Shown: positions 1 to 10,460, counted from the first letter of the stretch. The stretch: 64,000 nucleotides of DNA from an uncultured candidatus Porisulfidus sp. (GCA_965199755.1 CBDASZ010000002.1:96001-160000); one strand, 5' to 3'. The notes: generated from the letters alone by a model not told the origin. Numbers and translations: made by a program.

Positions 1-2742
1 CTCCAGCCGCGTATTCAGCCGAGTCACTTTCTCCTCCCACGCCTCGACCGTTGCATCTTCCGGGAGTCCCGCCAGCAATTCCTCAACATTGCTGTCGTGC
101 TCACGCAACTGCCCTTCCAGTTGCTCGCAAGCATTGCGCGCAGCCTGACGCTGCAGATCTTTGTCATGCAAACGCCCGCGCACCTCATCTACCTGCTCGC
201 GCATCTGCGTGCATTCGACTTCCAGCGTGCGGTACTCCTCACGCAAGCGATCGGATTCCTGGCTGGCCTGATCCATGCGGACGCGTACCTCATCCAGTTG
301 CTGACGCATCTCGGTCAGCCGCTGTTTCTGCTCATCCTCTGACAGCTCTTCTCCTCCCAGCAACGCCCCCATGCGCGCGACACCGGCCTGCTGTTTCGTC
401 TCATCCTGCTCCCAGCCCTTGCGCGCGGCATCAAGGCGAGCCTCCACACCGCTGAGCCGCACCTGAGCCTCGGTGCCAACCTCAACGTGCTGGCGATGTT
501 CCTGCTGTGCCTGCGCACATTCCTGCACCAGCGCATGGGTCGCCTCGTCCTGCTGCTGCCACTGCAACTCCAGCGTTTCCAGCTGGGCTTGCAGTTGCGT
601 GAGTTTTTCGCGCGCCTCTTGGGTTTGCTGCTGCAAATTCTCCTTGCGCTGCGCCTGATTCTCGGCGCTTTGCACTCGTGCGCTGACATGCGCGAACGCC
701 TCAAAAGCCTGATCGTATTGCTGCTGCAATTCCGCACGCCGCGCTTCCTCATCGCGCCATTGCTGCTCCGCAGCATCACGCTGACGCTCACTTTGCGCGA
801 GGGATTCCTCCAGTTCTGCTACCTGCGCGGTCAATTCTTCAATTTCGCGCTGGCGCTCCAGCACTCCTTCGGCCTGACTTTCCGCCGCCGGCACGCGCAT
901 CCAGTTCGGCCCCAGCCAAATGCCGCTTTTCGTGATCACCGACTGATGCGGCTGCAATTTCTTGCGCAGCTCATAGGCCTCTTCCAAAGTGTCCGCGCCC
1001 AGCACTCCGCCGAGCAACGTATCTAGCGCATACGAACTGCGGATTTTGTGCAATAGCAGCGGAGCACCTGGGTCCGCTTTGGGGGCGGCGGACTGTTCCA
1101 GCAATAGCAGCGCGGTGCTTCCCGGCACAGGCTCCGACGCACTCTGTTCCGGCAAGGCTTCCACACAAACCGCACGCAGATTCTCAGACATTGCGAGTTC
1201 CACCGCGAACTCCCACTCACTATCCACTTTCATTTGATCGGCCAGCCGGGTGCCGTCAAGTTGCATCGCCCCCAACGCCTGAGCATGCGCTTCCTCATCC
1301 GCCGCCAGTACGGATCTTTGCATGATTTCCAACGACGTCAAACGGCTGCGCGCTTGTGTTCTCCTCTCCTGCAACTGCTGATACGCCTGCGCCTGCGCAT
1401 CGCGCTCGCGCTGCGCCCCGCGCACTTGTTCGGCATTGTCCTCAAGCTGCTGCCGACACTGGTCGCGACGTGCCTGCGCCTGTTGCAACTCCGCATCCGC
1501 TTGCGACTGCGACTCCGCCTTCGTACGACTCCCTTCCTCGGTTTCCTGCAAATGCGATAGTTCGTCTTCCAACTGGCTCAGACGTGCAGACTCACTGGAA
1601 CGCTCCTGGCGCATTGATGTGAGTTGTTCACGCAGTGTCTCGCTTTGCTGTTGTGCTTCCTGGCGTTTTTGCTCCAGTGCTGTGGCCTGCGTCTCTGCCT
1701 GCTCGCGCTTTGCGCTGGCCTTTTCCAGTTCAGCCGCGCGTTCCGCCTGTTCACGCTCCAGATCCTGCAACACCGTGCGCGCATCTGACAGGCGCTGTGT
1801 TCCTTCCGCGAGTTCGCGCTGCAGGCGCTCGCATTCCTGACAATCCGCCTGCCACTGATAAAAATTCGCCTGATCATCCGAGTTCGCGCGTATGTTCTCA
1901 TCCAGAAGTTTGCGCTTGCCCTCAAACTCTATCTCCAGTTCTTTCAGTTTGCTGGCTTTTTCGGTGCGCTCCGTCTCAATCGCCGCGTGCTGCTGTCCTA
2001 CCGCCTCCAGTTCCGCGCTGCTCGCCCGCAGTTGCAGGCTAATCCACTCATCTCTGCGCAAACGCTGTTCGTCGCGCAATTTTTTGTATTGTTCCGCCTG
2101 CTTCTTCTGCCGCTCCAGATGCTTCAGGCGTAGTTCGTACTCACCCAGAATGTCGTTCGAGCGATCCAGGTTCTCCTCGGTGCAGCGAATCTTGTTCTCT
2201 GTCTCCCGGCGTCGCTCCTGATACAACGATGTGCCCGCCGCCTCTTCAATGTACTTGCGCACCTCCTCCGGCTTCGCTTCGATCAGGCCCTGCACCATGC
2301 CCTGCGCGATGATGGCGTAATTGCCGCGCCCCAGACCAGTGCCCTGAAACATGTCCGACACGTCCTTGCGCCGGGCGCGCGTGCCATTGATGTAATAACG
2401 CGATTGTTGCTCAGCACCGCGCGAAACTTCACGGCGGATCTTGATCTCGGAGTAGGCGGCATACTCACCTCCGATGCGCCCTTCCTCGTTGTCCACGATC
2501 AACTCGACGGAGGCTTGATCCAACGCGCGAGCGCCGTCTGAACCGTCGAAAATGATGTCTTCCAGAATTTCGCCGCGAATCTTGCGCGAACTCTCGCCGA
2601 GCACCCAGCGCACCGCGTCAATGATATTGGACTTGCCCATGCCGTTGGGGCCGACCACTCCGGTCAGGCGCGTCGGCAATTCAATACGCAGAGGGCCGAC
2701 AAAAGACTTGAAGCCGGCGACTTGAATACTGGAGAGACGCAT
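1..2742 (-). CDS. smc: Chromosome segregation protein SMC (N-terminal part; runs off the window start)
   Basis: Manual translation from ATG at 2742: MRLSSIQVAGFKSF...VVGPNGMGKSNIIDAVRWVLGE (Walker A of SMC), followed by long coiled-coil sequence. Not in the ORF track because the stop lies outside the window. Confidence 0.95.
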   Translation of the reverse strand, partial: MRLSSIQVAGFKSFVGPLRIELPTRLTGVVGPNGMGKSNIIDAVRWVLGESSRKIRGEILEDIIFDGSDGARALDQASVELIVDNEEGRIGGEYAAYSEIKIRREVSRGAEQQSRYYINGTRARRKDVSDMFQGTGLGRGNYAIIAQGMVQGLIEAKPEEVRKYIEEAAGTSLYQERRRETENKIRCTEENLDRSNDILGEYELRLKHLERQKKQAEQYKKLRDEQRLRRDEWISLQLRASSAELEAVGQQHAAIETERTEKASKLKELEIEFEGKRKLLDENIRANSDDQANFYQWQADCQECERLQRELAEGTQRLSDARTVLQDLEREQAERAAELEKASAKREQAETQATALEQKRQEAQQQSETLREQLTSMRQERSSESARLSQLEDELSHLQETEEGSRTKAESQSQADAELQQAQARRDQCRQQLEDNAEQVRGAQRERDAQAQAYQQLQERRTQARSRLTSLEIMQRSVLAADEEAHAQALGAMQLDGTRLADQMKVDSEWEFAVELAMSENLRAVCVEALPEQSASEPVPGSTALLLLEQSAAPKADPGAPLLLHKIRSSYALDTLLGGVLGADTLEEAYELRKKLQPHQSVITKSGIWLGPNWMRVPAAESQAEGVLERQREIEELTAQVAELEESLAQSERQRDAAEQQWRDEEARRAELQQQYDQAFEAFAHVSARVQSAENQAQRKENLQQQTQEAREKLTQLQAQLETLELQWQQQDEATHALVQECAQAQQEHRQHVEVGTEAQVRLSGVEARLDAARKGWEQDETKQQAGVARMGALLGGEELSEDEQKQRLTEMRQQLDEVRVRMDQASQESDRLREEYRTLEVECTQMREQVDEVRGRLHDKDLQRQAARNACEQLEGQLREHDSNVEELLAGLPEDATVEAWEEKVTRLNTRLE

Positions 2743-2825
2743 AACGGCGCAGTTGCTATAGTAAGGCGACCTATAAAATGGAGCGCAACAGCGCCCCGTT
2801 TTCAGCGTCCCATAAGGTTCCTTTT

Positions 2826-3215
2826 ATGACCACGCAGCCCTCCAAAACACTGGAGACATTTGACAATCCCGCGCCACAACGGGATTATAGCATTCGGCTG
2901 GAAGTTCCAGAGTTCACCTGCCTGTGTCCGCTCACCGGCCAGCCGGACTTCGCCTCGCTGGTGCTGGACTATATCCCCGACCAGCTGTGCGTCGAACTCA
3001 AGTCTTTCAAACTCTATGTCTGGTCCTTCCGCGATGAGCGCGCCTTTCACGAGACGGTCAGCAATGAAATTGTGGAGCATCTGGCGAAAGCCTTGAAGCC
3101 ACGCTTTCTACGCTTGCGCGCCGCATTTCGAGTGCGTGGCGGGATCACCACAACGGTGACGGTCGAGCATCGCGCTGACGGCTGGACACCGCAACCGGGT
3201 ACGGATCTGCCCTAG
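2826..3215 (+). CDS. queF: NADPH-dependent 7-cyano-7-deazaguanine (preQ0) reductase, unimodular type
   Basis: [28 protein letters not shown] and RGGI motifs; divergent from smc. Confidence 0.95.
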   Translation: MTTQPSKTLETFDNPAPQRDYSIRLEVPEFTCLCPLTGQPDFASLVLDYIPDQLCVELKSFKLYVWSFRDERAFHETVSNEIVEHLAKALKPRFLRLRAAFRVRGGITTTVTVEHRADGWTPQPGTDLP

Positions 3216-3751
3216 GTGTCAGCAGTTCATCGTGCTCCCGAAACCGTGAAAGACGAAGCCCAATCTTTTTTGCCAAGAGCGCGTCGGCAATTCGTCGTGC
3301 CTCTGATGCTACGAAGGAAGCTACCCAACGCGGAATTGCCAAAAGTGCATCAAAAGTTCGTAGTGCTTCCAAAGCCACGAAAGCCGGCCGCGCAATAGCC
3401 AAGCTTATAATCTATTTGATTACTCATCAACGCTCTGGGCTTTCTTTTTCTGCTGCCGGCTATTGGCTTTCTGTTTGCACCACTGTTGGTCTTTTTCTAT
3501 GCTTACTAGGCTACATTTCAATATCTCGATTATCCAATGGGAGAAATCAGCTTGCCACTATCGAAAGTCCGGGAAGGAACCCGCGCTGACCACGCCTTGA
3601 TGTTTGGATTCGGTGCGGACAAACACTTCTGACCATGATCCCAATCGCCCATATCATCGTCCTCCCCATTGGCACCGCAGCTGCCACGCGGCTGTATTTC
3701 GAACGCTGCCACCCCAATGAGTCACTTGGTGGGCAGACGCCGGGCACCTAA
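3216..3751 (+). pseudogene. Degenerate cysZ/EI24 paralog (C-terminal half)
   Basis: Reads GRAIAKLIIYLI / LFLLPAIGFLFAPLLVFFYAY*ATFQYLDYPMGE...LMFGFGA / GQTLLTMIP...AATRLYFE, collinear with the intact cysZ. TAG at 3507-3509 replaces Trp; two frameshifts. Confidence 0.85.
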
Positions 3752-3768
3752 CTGCCCTAAACGTATCC

Positions 3769-4500
3769 ATGAGTTTGTTTGGCGATTTTCTGGTCGGGTT
3801 CAGCTATCCGTGGCGCGCCCTAAGCCTGCTGTTTGACAAACGCTACCGGCATTTGATGTGGGTGCCTGTTGTGATCACCTTGGTGGTGCTGTCTTCGACA
3901 TTGACGTTCGTCGCGCTGAATTTTCATAACTGGACAGCCGGTATCCTGCCATGGTGGCTGGCCTATCTGGAGTGGCTGCTACTGCCATTGTTGGTTCTGG
4001 TCATACTGATAGCCTATTACTTCACCTTCGTACAAATCTCCAACCTGATCGCCTCCCCGTTCAACGCGCGCTTGTGTCAAACCCTGATGCAGGAAGAAGC
4101 CGGCGAGCCACTGGCCGTGAAAACTATCCCGAAAAGCCCGTTGCGCAGCGCCGTTTCCGCGGTAGGCCGGGAAGTGCTCAAATTCATCACCTATATCATC
4201 TGTCTCATAGGTCTGGGTATGCTTTTTCTGCTTCCGTTTGTTGGCTTGCTGTTCACGCCGCTATTAATTTATTTTTATGTATATTGGTCTGCATTTGAAT
4301 ATCTTGATTACCCGATGGGAGAAGCCGGTTTTCCGCTGCCCGATGTGCGTCAGAAGATCCGCAATCAGCGTGCTTTGATGCTTGGCTTCGGTGCCGGACA
4401 GACACTGCTAACCATGATCCCCCTGCTCAACCTTGTCGCCGTACCGACCGGGGCTGCATCTGCCACACAACTGTACCTCGAACAGCGCCAACTAGACTGA
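3769..4500 (+). CDS. cysZ: CysZ/EI24-family membrane protein (putative sulfate transporter)
   Basis: Hydrophobic 243 aa; NLIASPFN, FEYLDYPM, GFG and PLLNLVAVP motifs; next to queF/smc. Confidence 0.85.
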   Translation: MSLFGDFLVGFSYPWRALSLLFDKRYRHLMWVPVVITLVVLSSTLTFVALNFHNWTAGILPWWLAYLEWLLLPLLVLVILIAYYFTFVQISNLIASPFNARLCQTLMQEEAGEPLAVKTIPKSPLRSAVSAVGREVLKFITYIICLIGLGMLFLLPFVGLLFTPLLIYFYVYWSAFEYLDYPMGEAGFPLPDVRQKIRNQRALMLGFGAGQTLLTMIPLLNLVAVPTGAASATQLYLEQRQLD

Positions 4501-5075
4501 TGTGGTGGCCAGACAAGCGCTACCGGCATCTAGTCTGGCCTCCGATTCTGCTCACTACGATAGCGCTGACTGTAGCACTGATATTCGTGCTAATGGTTGT
4601 TCAGCACTGGCTCAGTATCAAATGGCTGGAGCCTCTGGCGGGTTCCTTGCAGTGGTTGTGATCTCTGTTTATGGACATTGTCAAAGGTTCCCTGATTCCG
4701 CTAGTAGCCTTTCTCGAGAACCTGTTACTGTGGATACTACTCCTTGTCTTGGCGCTTTTCTGTTACTTCATTTTTGTGCAGACCGCAGCCAGTGAACCGT
4801 TAGGCATCCAGCCCACACCGAGAGGTCTGTTGCAGCTATATCTGAACATTCGGCAGGACCACTTTTGGGTATATGGACTACCCCATGAGCAAACTTGACA
4901 TGCCGCTGCGTAAGGTACGCAAGAACATTCGCGCCCAATGTTCTCTGATGTATGGCTTCGGCACCGGGCAAGTGCTACTCACAATAACCCCGCCTCTTAG
5001 TCTGGTCGCCGTCCCCACCGGTGTCATAGCCTCTACAAAACTATACCTTGAACAGTGCTGGATGGACACCGATCT
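4500..5075 (+). pseudogene. Second degenerate cysZ paralog
   Basis: MWWPDKRYRHLVWPPI matches DKRYRHLMWVPV of cysZ. In-frame TGA at 4659-4661, internal deletion/frameshift, then MDYPMS...YGFGTGQVLLTI...VAVPTG...KLYLEQ. Confidence 0.85.
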
Positions 5076-6398
5076 TCACTCTGACGCCTTGCGTCTCGGC
5101 GACGCGCGACACACCAGTTCAATTGGAATACCTGGCAAGCGCAATTTCTGCCGAAAACTATTCGCCAAATACCGACGGTAGGCCTCCGGGATCTGATTCA
5201 GTCGCGAGCCGTGCAGCACCAGACGCAACGGGTGGTTACCGCCTTGATGTCCATAGTGCACATGAACACGCCGATTGCGGCTGCGCGGCGGCGGATTCTG
5301 CTCCATCGCGCGGATCAGAAACTCATTGATCTGCGGCGTGCTGAAATGCCGTGAGGCGGCATCATAGAGCACCATCGCCTCTTGCAACAGACGACGTGTG
5401 CCGATTCCTTTCGCGCCCGAAGTCCGCACCACCGGAAGATAGGATGCAAACCGCAGGCGTCGGCGCAATCGCGCCTCGACATAGCGCTGACTCGCCGAAT
5501 CCAGCACGTCGCATTTATTGAACGCGACCACCACCGCGCGACCGGCGTCCAGCGCCAGCGCAATCAAGGCCGCGTCTTGCTCTACCGCCCCTTCCGTCGC
5601 ATCAATCACCGCGATCGCAACTTGCGCCCGGTGAATGCAGCGCAACGCCTGCGCCACACTAAAGGCTTCCAAGGACCCTGATTTCACCCGACTCTTGCGT
5701 CGAATTCCCGCGGTGTCGACCAAAGTCAGTGTGCGCCCTTGCCATTCGAGCGCCACATCGATGCTGTCGCGAGTAGTGCCTGGCTCGGATGAGACAATCA
5801 GGCGATCATCACGCAACAGGCGATTGATCAGCGTGGATTTGCCGGCATTTGGGCGGCCGATGACCGCCAGCCGCGTGCCAGAATCAGGCGCTTCCGGTGT
5901 CGCCACTATCTCCAGAGGCTCCAGTGCCGCATCCATTAGCGCGGCCACGCCAGAGCCACGCTTAGCGCTAACCGCGAACAGGGTCGGTGCGCCCAGTTCC
6001 GCGAATTCCGACAGCACCAGCGACACTTCGCGCCCTTCTGCCTTATTGATCGCCAGCGCCACCGGCTTGCCGCAACGGCGCAGCCGGGCATACAACTCCT
6101 GATCACCCGGCAGGCAGCCTTCCCGCGCGTCCAGCACCAGAACCAGTGCGTCGGCCTCGTCAATGGCCTGTTCGGTCTGCCGCATCAGGCCCTGTTCCAG
6201 CTCGGTATGCGCTTGCGTCACCCCGCCGGTGTCAACCACCACGTAGGCACACCCGTCGTGCTCCGCCAGCCGATAGCGGCGGTCACGAGTAACACCGGGA
6301 ACATCGGCGACCAGCGCGTCCTGACTGTTCGTCAGGCGATTGAATAGGGTCGATTTACCGACGTTGGGCCGACCGATCAAGGCGACAACAGGAATCAT
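5076..6398 (-). CDS. der: Ribosome biogenesis GTPase Der
   Basis: Two G domains (GRPNVGKS, GRPNAGKS, DTGG/DTAG, NKxx) and a KH-like C-terminus. Confidence 0.97.
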   Translation of the reverse strand: MIPVVALIGRPNVGKSTLFNRLTNSQDALVADVPGVTRDRRYRLAEHDGCAYVVVDTGGVTQAHTELEQGLMRQTEQAIDEADALVLVLDAREGCLPGDQELYARLRRCGKPVALAINKAEGREVSLVLSEFAELGAPTLFAVSAKRGSGVAALMDAALEPLEIVATPEAPDSGTRLAVIGRPNAGKSTLINRLLRDDRLIVSSEPGTTRDSIDVALEWQGRTLTLVDTAGIRRKSRVKSGSLEAFSVAQALRCIHRAQVAIAVIDATEGAVEQDAALIALALDAGRAVVVAFNKCDVLDSASQRYVEARLRRRLRFASYLPVVRTSGAKGIGTRRLLQEAMVLYDAASRHFSTPQINEFLIRAMEQNPPPRSRNRRVHVHYGHQGGNHPLRLVLHGSRLNQIPEAYRRYLANSFRQKLRLPGIPIELVCRASPRRKASE

Positions 6399-6419
6399 CA
6401 GCGTGTCGCGCGAGCACGA

Positions 6420-7652
6420 TCAACTGCCCGCGTCATCGGACACGCCCGAATCGATCGCGTCACTGCTTTGTAGCGGCACGTACTGGTACACGGCGAAGGT
6501 GCCGTCCTTATGCAGCAAGTAAATCCGGTCCAAATGCACCTCCGGCGGTGCCTGCAGCGGCGAACCTAACGGATGCCGCGCCACAATGCCGCCGTCCGTG
6601 ATGCGTATCCAGTGCAAGTAGCCCTCGAAGTCCACCACAATCGTATACAGTCCTGCCACTGCCGGCGCACTCAGACCGCGATAGGCCAATTCATCCTGCT
6701 TCCAGTGAACGGTGCCATTCTTTCGGTTCAGCGACCACACTGTGCCTTGGGTATCGACCGCATACGTCGCCACCTCATCAATCGCCACGCTGTTTTCGAC
6801 CGGCATTTCGTGTGTCCACAGCACTCGCCCTTCCGTAACATCCACCGCGCCGACCTGACTCAACTGCGCCGCCACGTAGGCCACGCCCTGATCCACATGG
6901 ACCTTGCCGTCCAGATCAACAATGCGCTCCAGTTCGTTGCGCCCGGTGGCCATCGCCACACGCGCGTCCCAGTTCTGCATGCCGTCAGCAATGTTGAAGG
7001 AAATCAGCCGTCCGTCATCGAATCCCACAATCACGCGATCACCGTCCTCAGCCGGCTCGCCAGCGCCACGCAAACTCAGCGGCGGACTGCTGTGTATATG
7101 ACTCCATAGTGTTTCGCCATCAGAACTTGCCAGCATGCTGATGCGCCCATCGTTGGTGCGCACTGCAAGAGAATCTCCACCCACCGCCGCCAGCAGCAAC
7201 ACTTCACTCGGCAGTTTGCGCTTCCAGCGCTGCTTGCCGCTCACGCGATCAAAGGCATACACATGACGCTCCCAAGTGCCCACGTACACGTGTTGATCAT
7301 CCCCTGTGACACCCGCCAGTACCTGACCGTCGATGTCCGCTTCCCAGAGTTGTTTGCCGGTGCCGCGAAGCAGCGCCACCAGATCGCCTGAAGGACTGGC
7401 CAGGAATACATGCTCCTCATCAATCCACGGCGCGAGCTGACTGGTGACATCATCGTAGCTGCCAACCCGATAGTCCCAGATGGGAGTTAGCGCGATCCGA
7501 TTGACCACCGGCTGCAGTGGTGCGGTGCGCAATCCATCATCCTGCCAGAAGGCCAACTCCTCCAGATCCGGCGGAGTAACACAGGCCGACAAGCCGAGTA
7601 TGGCTGTCACACTCACCGCCAAAGCGTGAAACGGTTCTCGGCGCACACGCAT
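6420..7652 (-). CDS. bamB: Outer membrane protein assembly factor BamB
   Basis: Lipobox LSAC, PQQ-like beta-propeller repeats, ELERIVDLD motif; yfgM-bamB-der synteny. Confidence 0.92.
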   Translation of the reverse strand: MRVRREPFHALAVSVTAILGLSACVTPPDLEELAFWQDDGLRTAPLQPVVNRIALTPIWDYRVGSYDDVTSQLAPWIDEEHVFLASPSGDLVALLRGTGKQLWEADIDGQVLAGVTGDDQHVYVGTWERHVYAFDRVSGKQRWKRKLPSEVLLLAAVGGDSLAVRTNDGRISMLASSDGETLWSHIHSSPPLSLRGAGEPAEDGDRVIVGFDDGRLISFNIADGMQNWDARVAMATGRNELERIVDLDGKVHVDQGVAYVAAQLSQVGAVDVTEGRVLWTHEMPVENSVAIDEVATYAVDTQGTVWSLNRKNGTVHWKQDELAYRGLSAPAVAGLYTIVVDFEGYLHWIRITDGGIVARHPLGSPLQAPPEVHLDRIYLLHKDGTFAVYQYVPLQSSDAIDSGVSDDAGS

Positions 7653-7668
7653 GATCTTCTCCTGAGGG

Positions 7669-8343
7669 TTATTCCGCAGGCGCGGATTCGGTGGGTGCGG
7701 TGTCTTCATCAAGCACAGAATCCCCACTTCCCACATCGGCGAGTTTCAGTTCAAGGTACACATTGCCCTGCCCTTTCTCCAGCGCCACCACATATTCCTG
7801 ACGCGCTTCCTCAAAGCGTCCCGCCAATCGGTACAGGTCTCCGCGAATCTCATGCTCCGTCGCCGCGAAGGATTTCTCAATCTCGGTGTCGTCAAGTACC
7901 GCCAGACCCTGCTCCCATTCCTGCGCTGACGCATGCAAATAAGCAAGCCGCAAGGCGGCCATGGACGCAAACGCCGGATCTGACGCATGCTCACGGGTCC
8001 ACGACAGCGCGGCCATCGCCGCGTCACGTTCACCGGCCTCCAGTTGCGCCCGTGCGGCAATCAGACTGGCCATCGCAGCGTACAGAGACGAGCTGTAATC
8101 CTGCTGCAGACGGCGCAAGGTGTCATTCGCCTCCGGCAGTTGCTCCTGCTGCAGAAATCCGCTGTGGTTGCGGTACAACACCGCCGCTTCCTGTGACACC
8201 TGGCCCTGCCAGAGGCCCCAGCCTTTGTAGCCACCGACCGCGACCGCAGCCAGCACCACACCCAAAGTGATCGAGGGGCCGTTTTTCTTCCACCAGCCCT
8301 TGATTTCATCAAGTTGCTGCTGTTCTTCGGGACTTAACGCCAT
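7669..8343 (-). CDS. yfgM: YfgM-family TPR membrane protein
   Basis: EEQQQLDEIKGWWKKNG followed by a TM helix and TPR-like helices; between hisS and bamB. Confidence 0.9.
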   Translation of the reverse strand: MALSPEEQQQLDEIKGWWKKNGPSITLGVVLAAVAVGGYKGWGLWQGQVSQEAAVLYRNHSGFLQQEQLPEANDTLRRLQQDYSSSLYAAMASLIAARAQLEAGERDAAMAALSWTREHASDPAFASMAALRLAYLHASAQEWEQGLAVLDDTEIEKSFAATEHEIRGDLYRLAGRFEEARQEYVVALEKGQGNVYLELKLADVGSGDSVLDEDTAPTESAPAE

Positions 8344-9611
8344 GATGGTTCTCGCAGATCAGCGAAGTATTCGGCTAACTCTGCAGCGGTATTATCCAAT
8401 ATCACCGTCTGCTGCTCCTGATCGTCGCGCAAGGGCTTGAGCGTGATCTCGCCGCGCGCCACCTCTTCCGCGCCCAAAATCAAGGCCGCTCGCGCACCAC
8501 TTTTGTCGGCGCGACGCATCTGCGCTTTCATGCTGCCGCCGTCCATGTTCATCCGCACCCGCACACCCGGCAAGTTCTGCCTGATGTCTTGTGCCAGACT
8601 CCATGCCCGTGCGCTCGCCTCTTCACCCAGCGCGATCAGATAAACATCGGCCACAGTCGCCTCCACTTCAGCGACCAACTCGCGAATGCGCTCCAGACCC
8701 AGCGCGAAACCCGCCGCCGGCGTCGCCTTTCCGCCTAACTGTTCCACCAGACGGTTGTAGCGCCCGCCACCACCGAGCGCCGACTGTGCGCCCAGATCAT
8801 CGCTGAGCCACTCGAACACTGTGCGGTCGTAGTAATCCAGTCCGCGCACCAGATTCGGTGCGAGTTCGTAGGTGATGCCCTGCGCATCCAGAATTTCTCG
8901 AAGACCATCAAAGTGCGCTCGCGAGGCACCGCCCAGAAAGTCTGACAAAGGTGGCGCGCCCGCAATCAATTCCTGCATCGACTCGGACTTGCTGTCGAGC
9001 AGGCGCAATGGGTTGCTCTGCATACGGCGCTGATCATCATCACCCAGCTGGGATGCGGCCCCGGAAAAATACTCCACCAGCCGCGCACGCCATTGTGCGC
9101 GCTCATCTTCATCTCCCAGTGTGTTCAGTGCCAGACGCGGCTGCAGTCCCAGACGTTTCCAGCCCAGTGCGCCCATTAGAAGCAACTCGGCATCCGCATC
9201 CGGGCCTTCCATGCCGAAGGCTTCAACCCCGAACTGGTGGAACTGCCGCAAGCGGCCGCGCTGCGGACGCTCGCGCCGAAAGAATGCTCCGCGATACCAT
9301 AAACGTTGTTGCTGGTTCGGCACCAGACCATGCTGGATAGCAGCGCGAACACAACCTGCGGTGCCTTCCGGGCACAGACTCAGGGATTCGCCGTCGCGAT
9401 CCTCAAAGCTGTACATCTCCTTGCCGACAATATCGGTCGATTCGCCCACCGAGCGCCGATACAACTCGCTGAACTCCAACGTCGGCATGCGGATCTCTTC
9501 GTAGCCGAAGTCCCGCGCCACACCTTCGAAGGTTTGTTCAATAGCGCGCATCTGCCGCGCGTCTTCCGGCAGCGCGTCGTGCATGCCTCGCACTGAGCGC
9601 AACTGGCTCAC
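8334..9611 (-). CDS. hisS: Histidine--tRNA ligase
   Basis: RGMHD, DIVGKEMY, FRRERPQRGRLRQFHQ, VRGLDYY and GGGRY motifs. Confidence 0.98.
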   Translation of the reverse strand: MSQLRSVRGMHDALPEDARQMRAIEQTFEGVARDFGYEEIRMPTLEFSELYRRSVGESTDIVGKEMYSFEDRDGESLSLCPEGTAGCVRAAIQHGLVPNQQQRLWYRGAFFRRERPQRGRLRQFHQFGVEAFGMEGPDADAELLLMGALGWKRLGLQPRLALNTLGDEDERAQWRARLVEYFSGAASQLGDDDQRRMQSNPLRLLDSKSESMQELIAGAPPLSDFLGGASRAHFDGLREILDAQGITYELAPNLVRGLDYYDRTVFEWLSDDLGAQSALGGGGRYNRLVEQLGGKATPAAGFALGLERIRELVAEVEATVADVYLIALGEEASARAWSLAQDIRQNLPGVRVRMNMDGGSMKAQMRRADKSGARAALILGAEEVARGEITLKPLRDDQEQQTVILDNTAAELAEYFADLREPSWR

Positions 9612-9657
9612 GTCACACCTCGGCTAATGACTGCGCCCGTGCGCCCGGGGCTCATAT

Positions 9658-10089
9658 TCATCGGGTCCGAGGACAGATCTCCTCGGCCTTGAAGAAGAAA
9701 TCGATCTCTTGACGCGCGGTATCCGGGCCATCTGACCCATGCACCGCGTTCTCATCCACCTCGGTGGCGAAATCCGCGCGAATCGTACCCGGTGCGGCAT
9801 CCGCCGGGTTGGTCGCGCCCATCACTTCGCGATTGCGCGCAATGGCGTCTTCCCCTTCCAGCACCTGCACCAGAATCGGACCGGACGTCATAAACTCCAC
9901 TAGGTCCGCATAAAACGGACGCTCTTTGTGCACGGCGTAAAACGCACCCGCCTGTTCAGGCGTCAGGTGCATCATACGCGCCGCAATGATGCGCAGGCCC
10001 GCGGCTTCAAAACGCTGATAAATCTCGCCGAGGTGATTCTTACCGACTGCATCCGGCTTGATGATGGAAAGGGTCTGTTCGATCGCCAT
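9658..10089 (-). CDS. ndk: Nucleoside diphosphate kinase
   Basis: [19 protein letters not shown] and NAVHGSD active-site motifs. Confidence 0.98.
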   Translation of the reverse strand: MAIEQTLSIIKPDAVGKNHLGEIYQRFEAAGLRIIAARMMHLTPEQAGAFYAVHKERPFYADLVEFMTSGPILVQVLEGEDAIARNREVMGATNPADAAPGTIRADFATEVDENAVHGSDGPDTARQEIDFFFKAEEICPRTR

Positions 10090-10429
10090 GAATAAGTACC
10101 TGTCCGGTTTGGACCGGGATTCTGTCAGAAAGTGAATGCCTAGGCTGTCGCCGCTGGCGTATTTTACTGCCTAGTCAGTCGGGCCTGCACGAATCAGAGG
10201 CTGAATAGTTCCTTTGGAGATTCGCACACCATCACATACCTCCAGCATCTCCTATCCCATAATCGTAAGATCTTGAATAGTGCTGTTCTCTCGACCTTAC
10301 CCCCGACTCCATAACGGGCATGGGCCGAGATTCGGACTTGCACTGAAATATGCGATAGGGCACCGGCCACGCCTGGCTTGCAGCGCCTGCGGTCGCTAAT
10401 CCATTTCCTCTTTCGGCATTCGCCGAGCA

Positions 10430-10460
10430 TAAAAAAGGGGCCTCCGCAATGGAGGCCCCT
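10430..10460 (-). terminator. Rho-independent terminator of groESL
   Basis: Stem AGGGGCCTCC/GGAGGCCCCT followed by a T-run on the minus strand, 27 bp after the groEL stop. Confidence 0.9.

Noticed and set aside
51-2468. Many ORF-track calls (e.g. Leu/Arg-rich 487..1026 +)
   Set aside because: Shadow frames of the smc coiled-coil gene on the minus strand.
3507-4661. Stop-codon recoding (TAG/TGA read as Trp) in the cysZ relics
   Set aside because: Frameshifts and deletions co-occur, and TGA/TAG terminate normal genes throughout the window.
10090-10430. 340-bp ndk-groEL spacer with an 89-aa ORF
   Set aside because: The ORF starts inside the terminator and no motif or stable structure was recognised; possibly eroded DNA, but unsupported.
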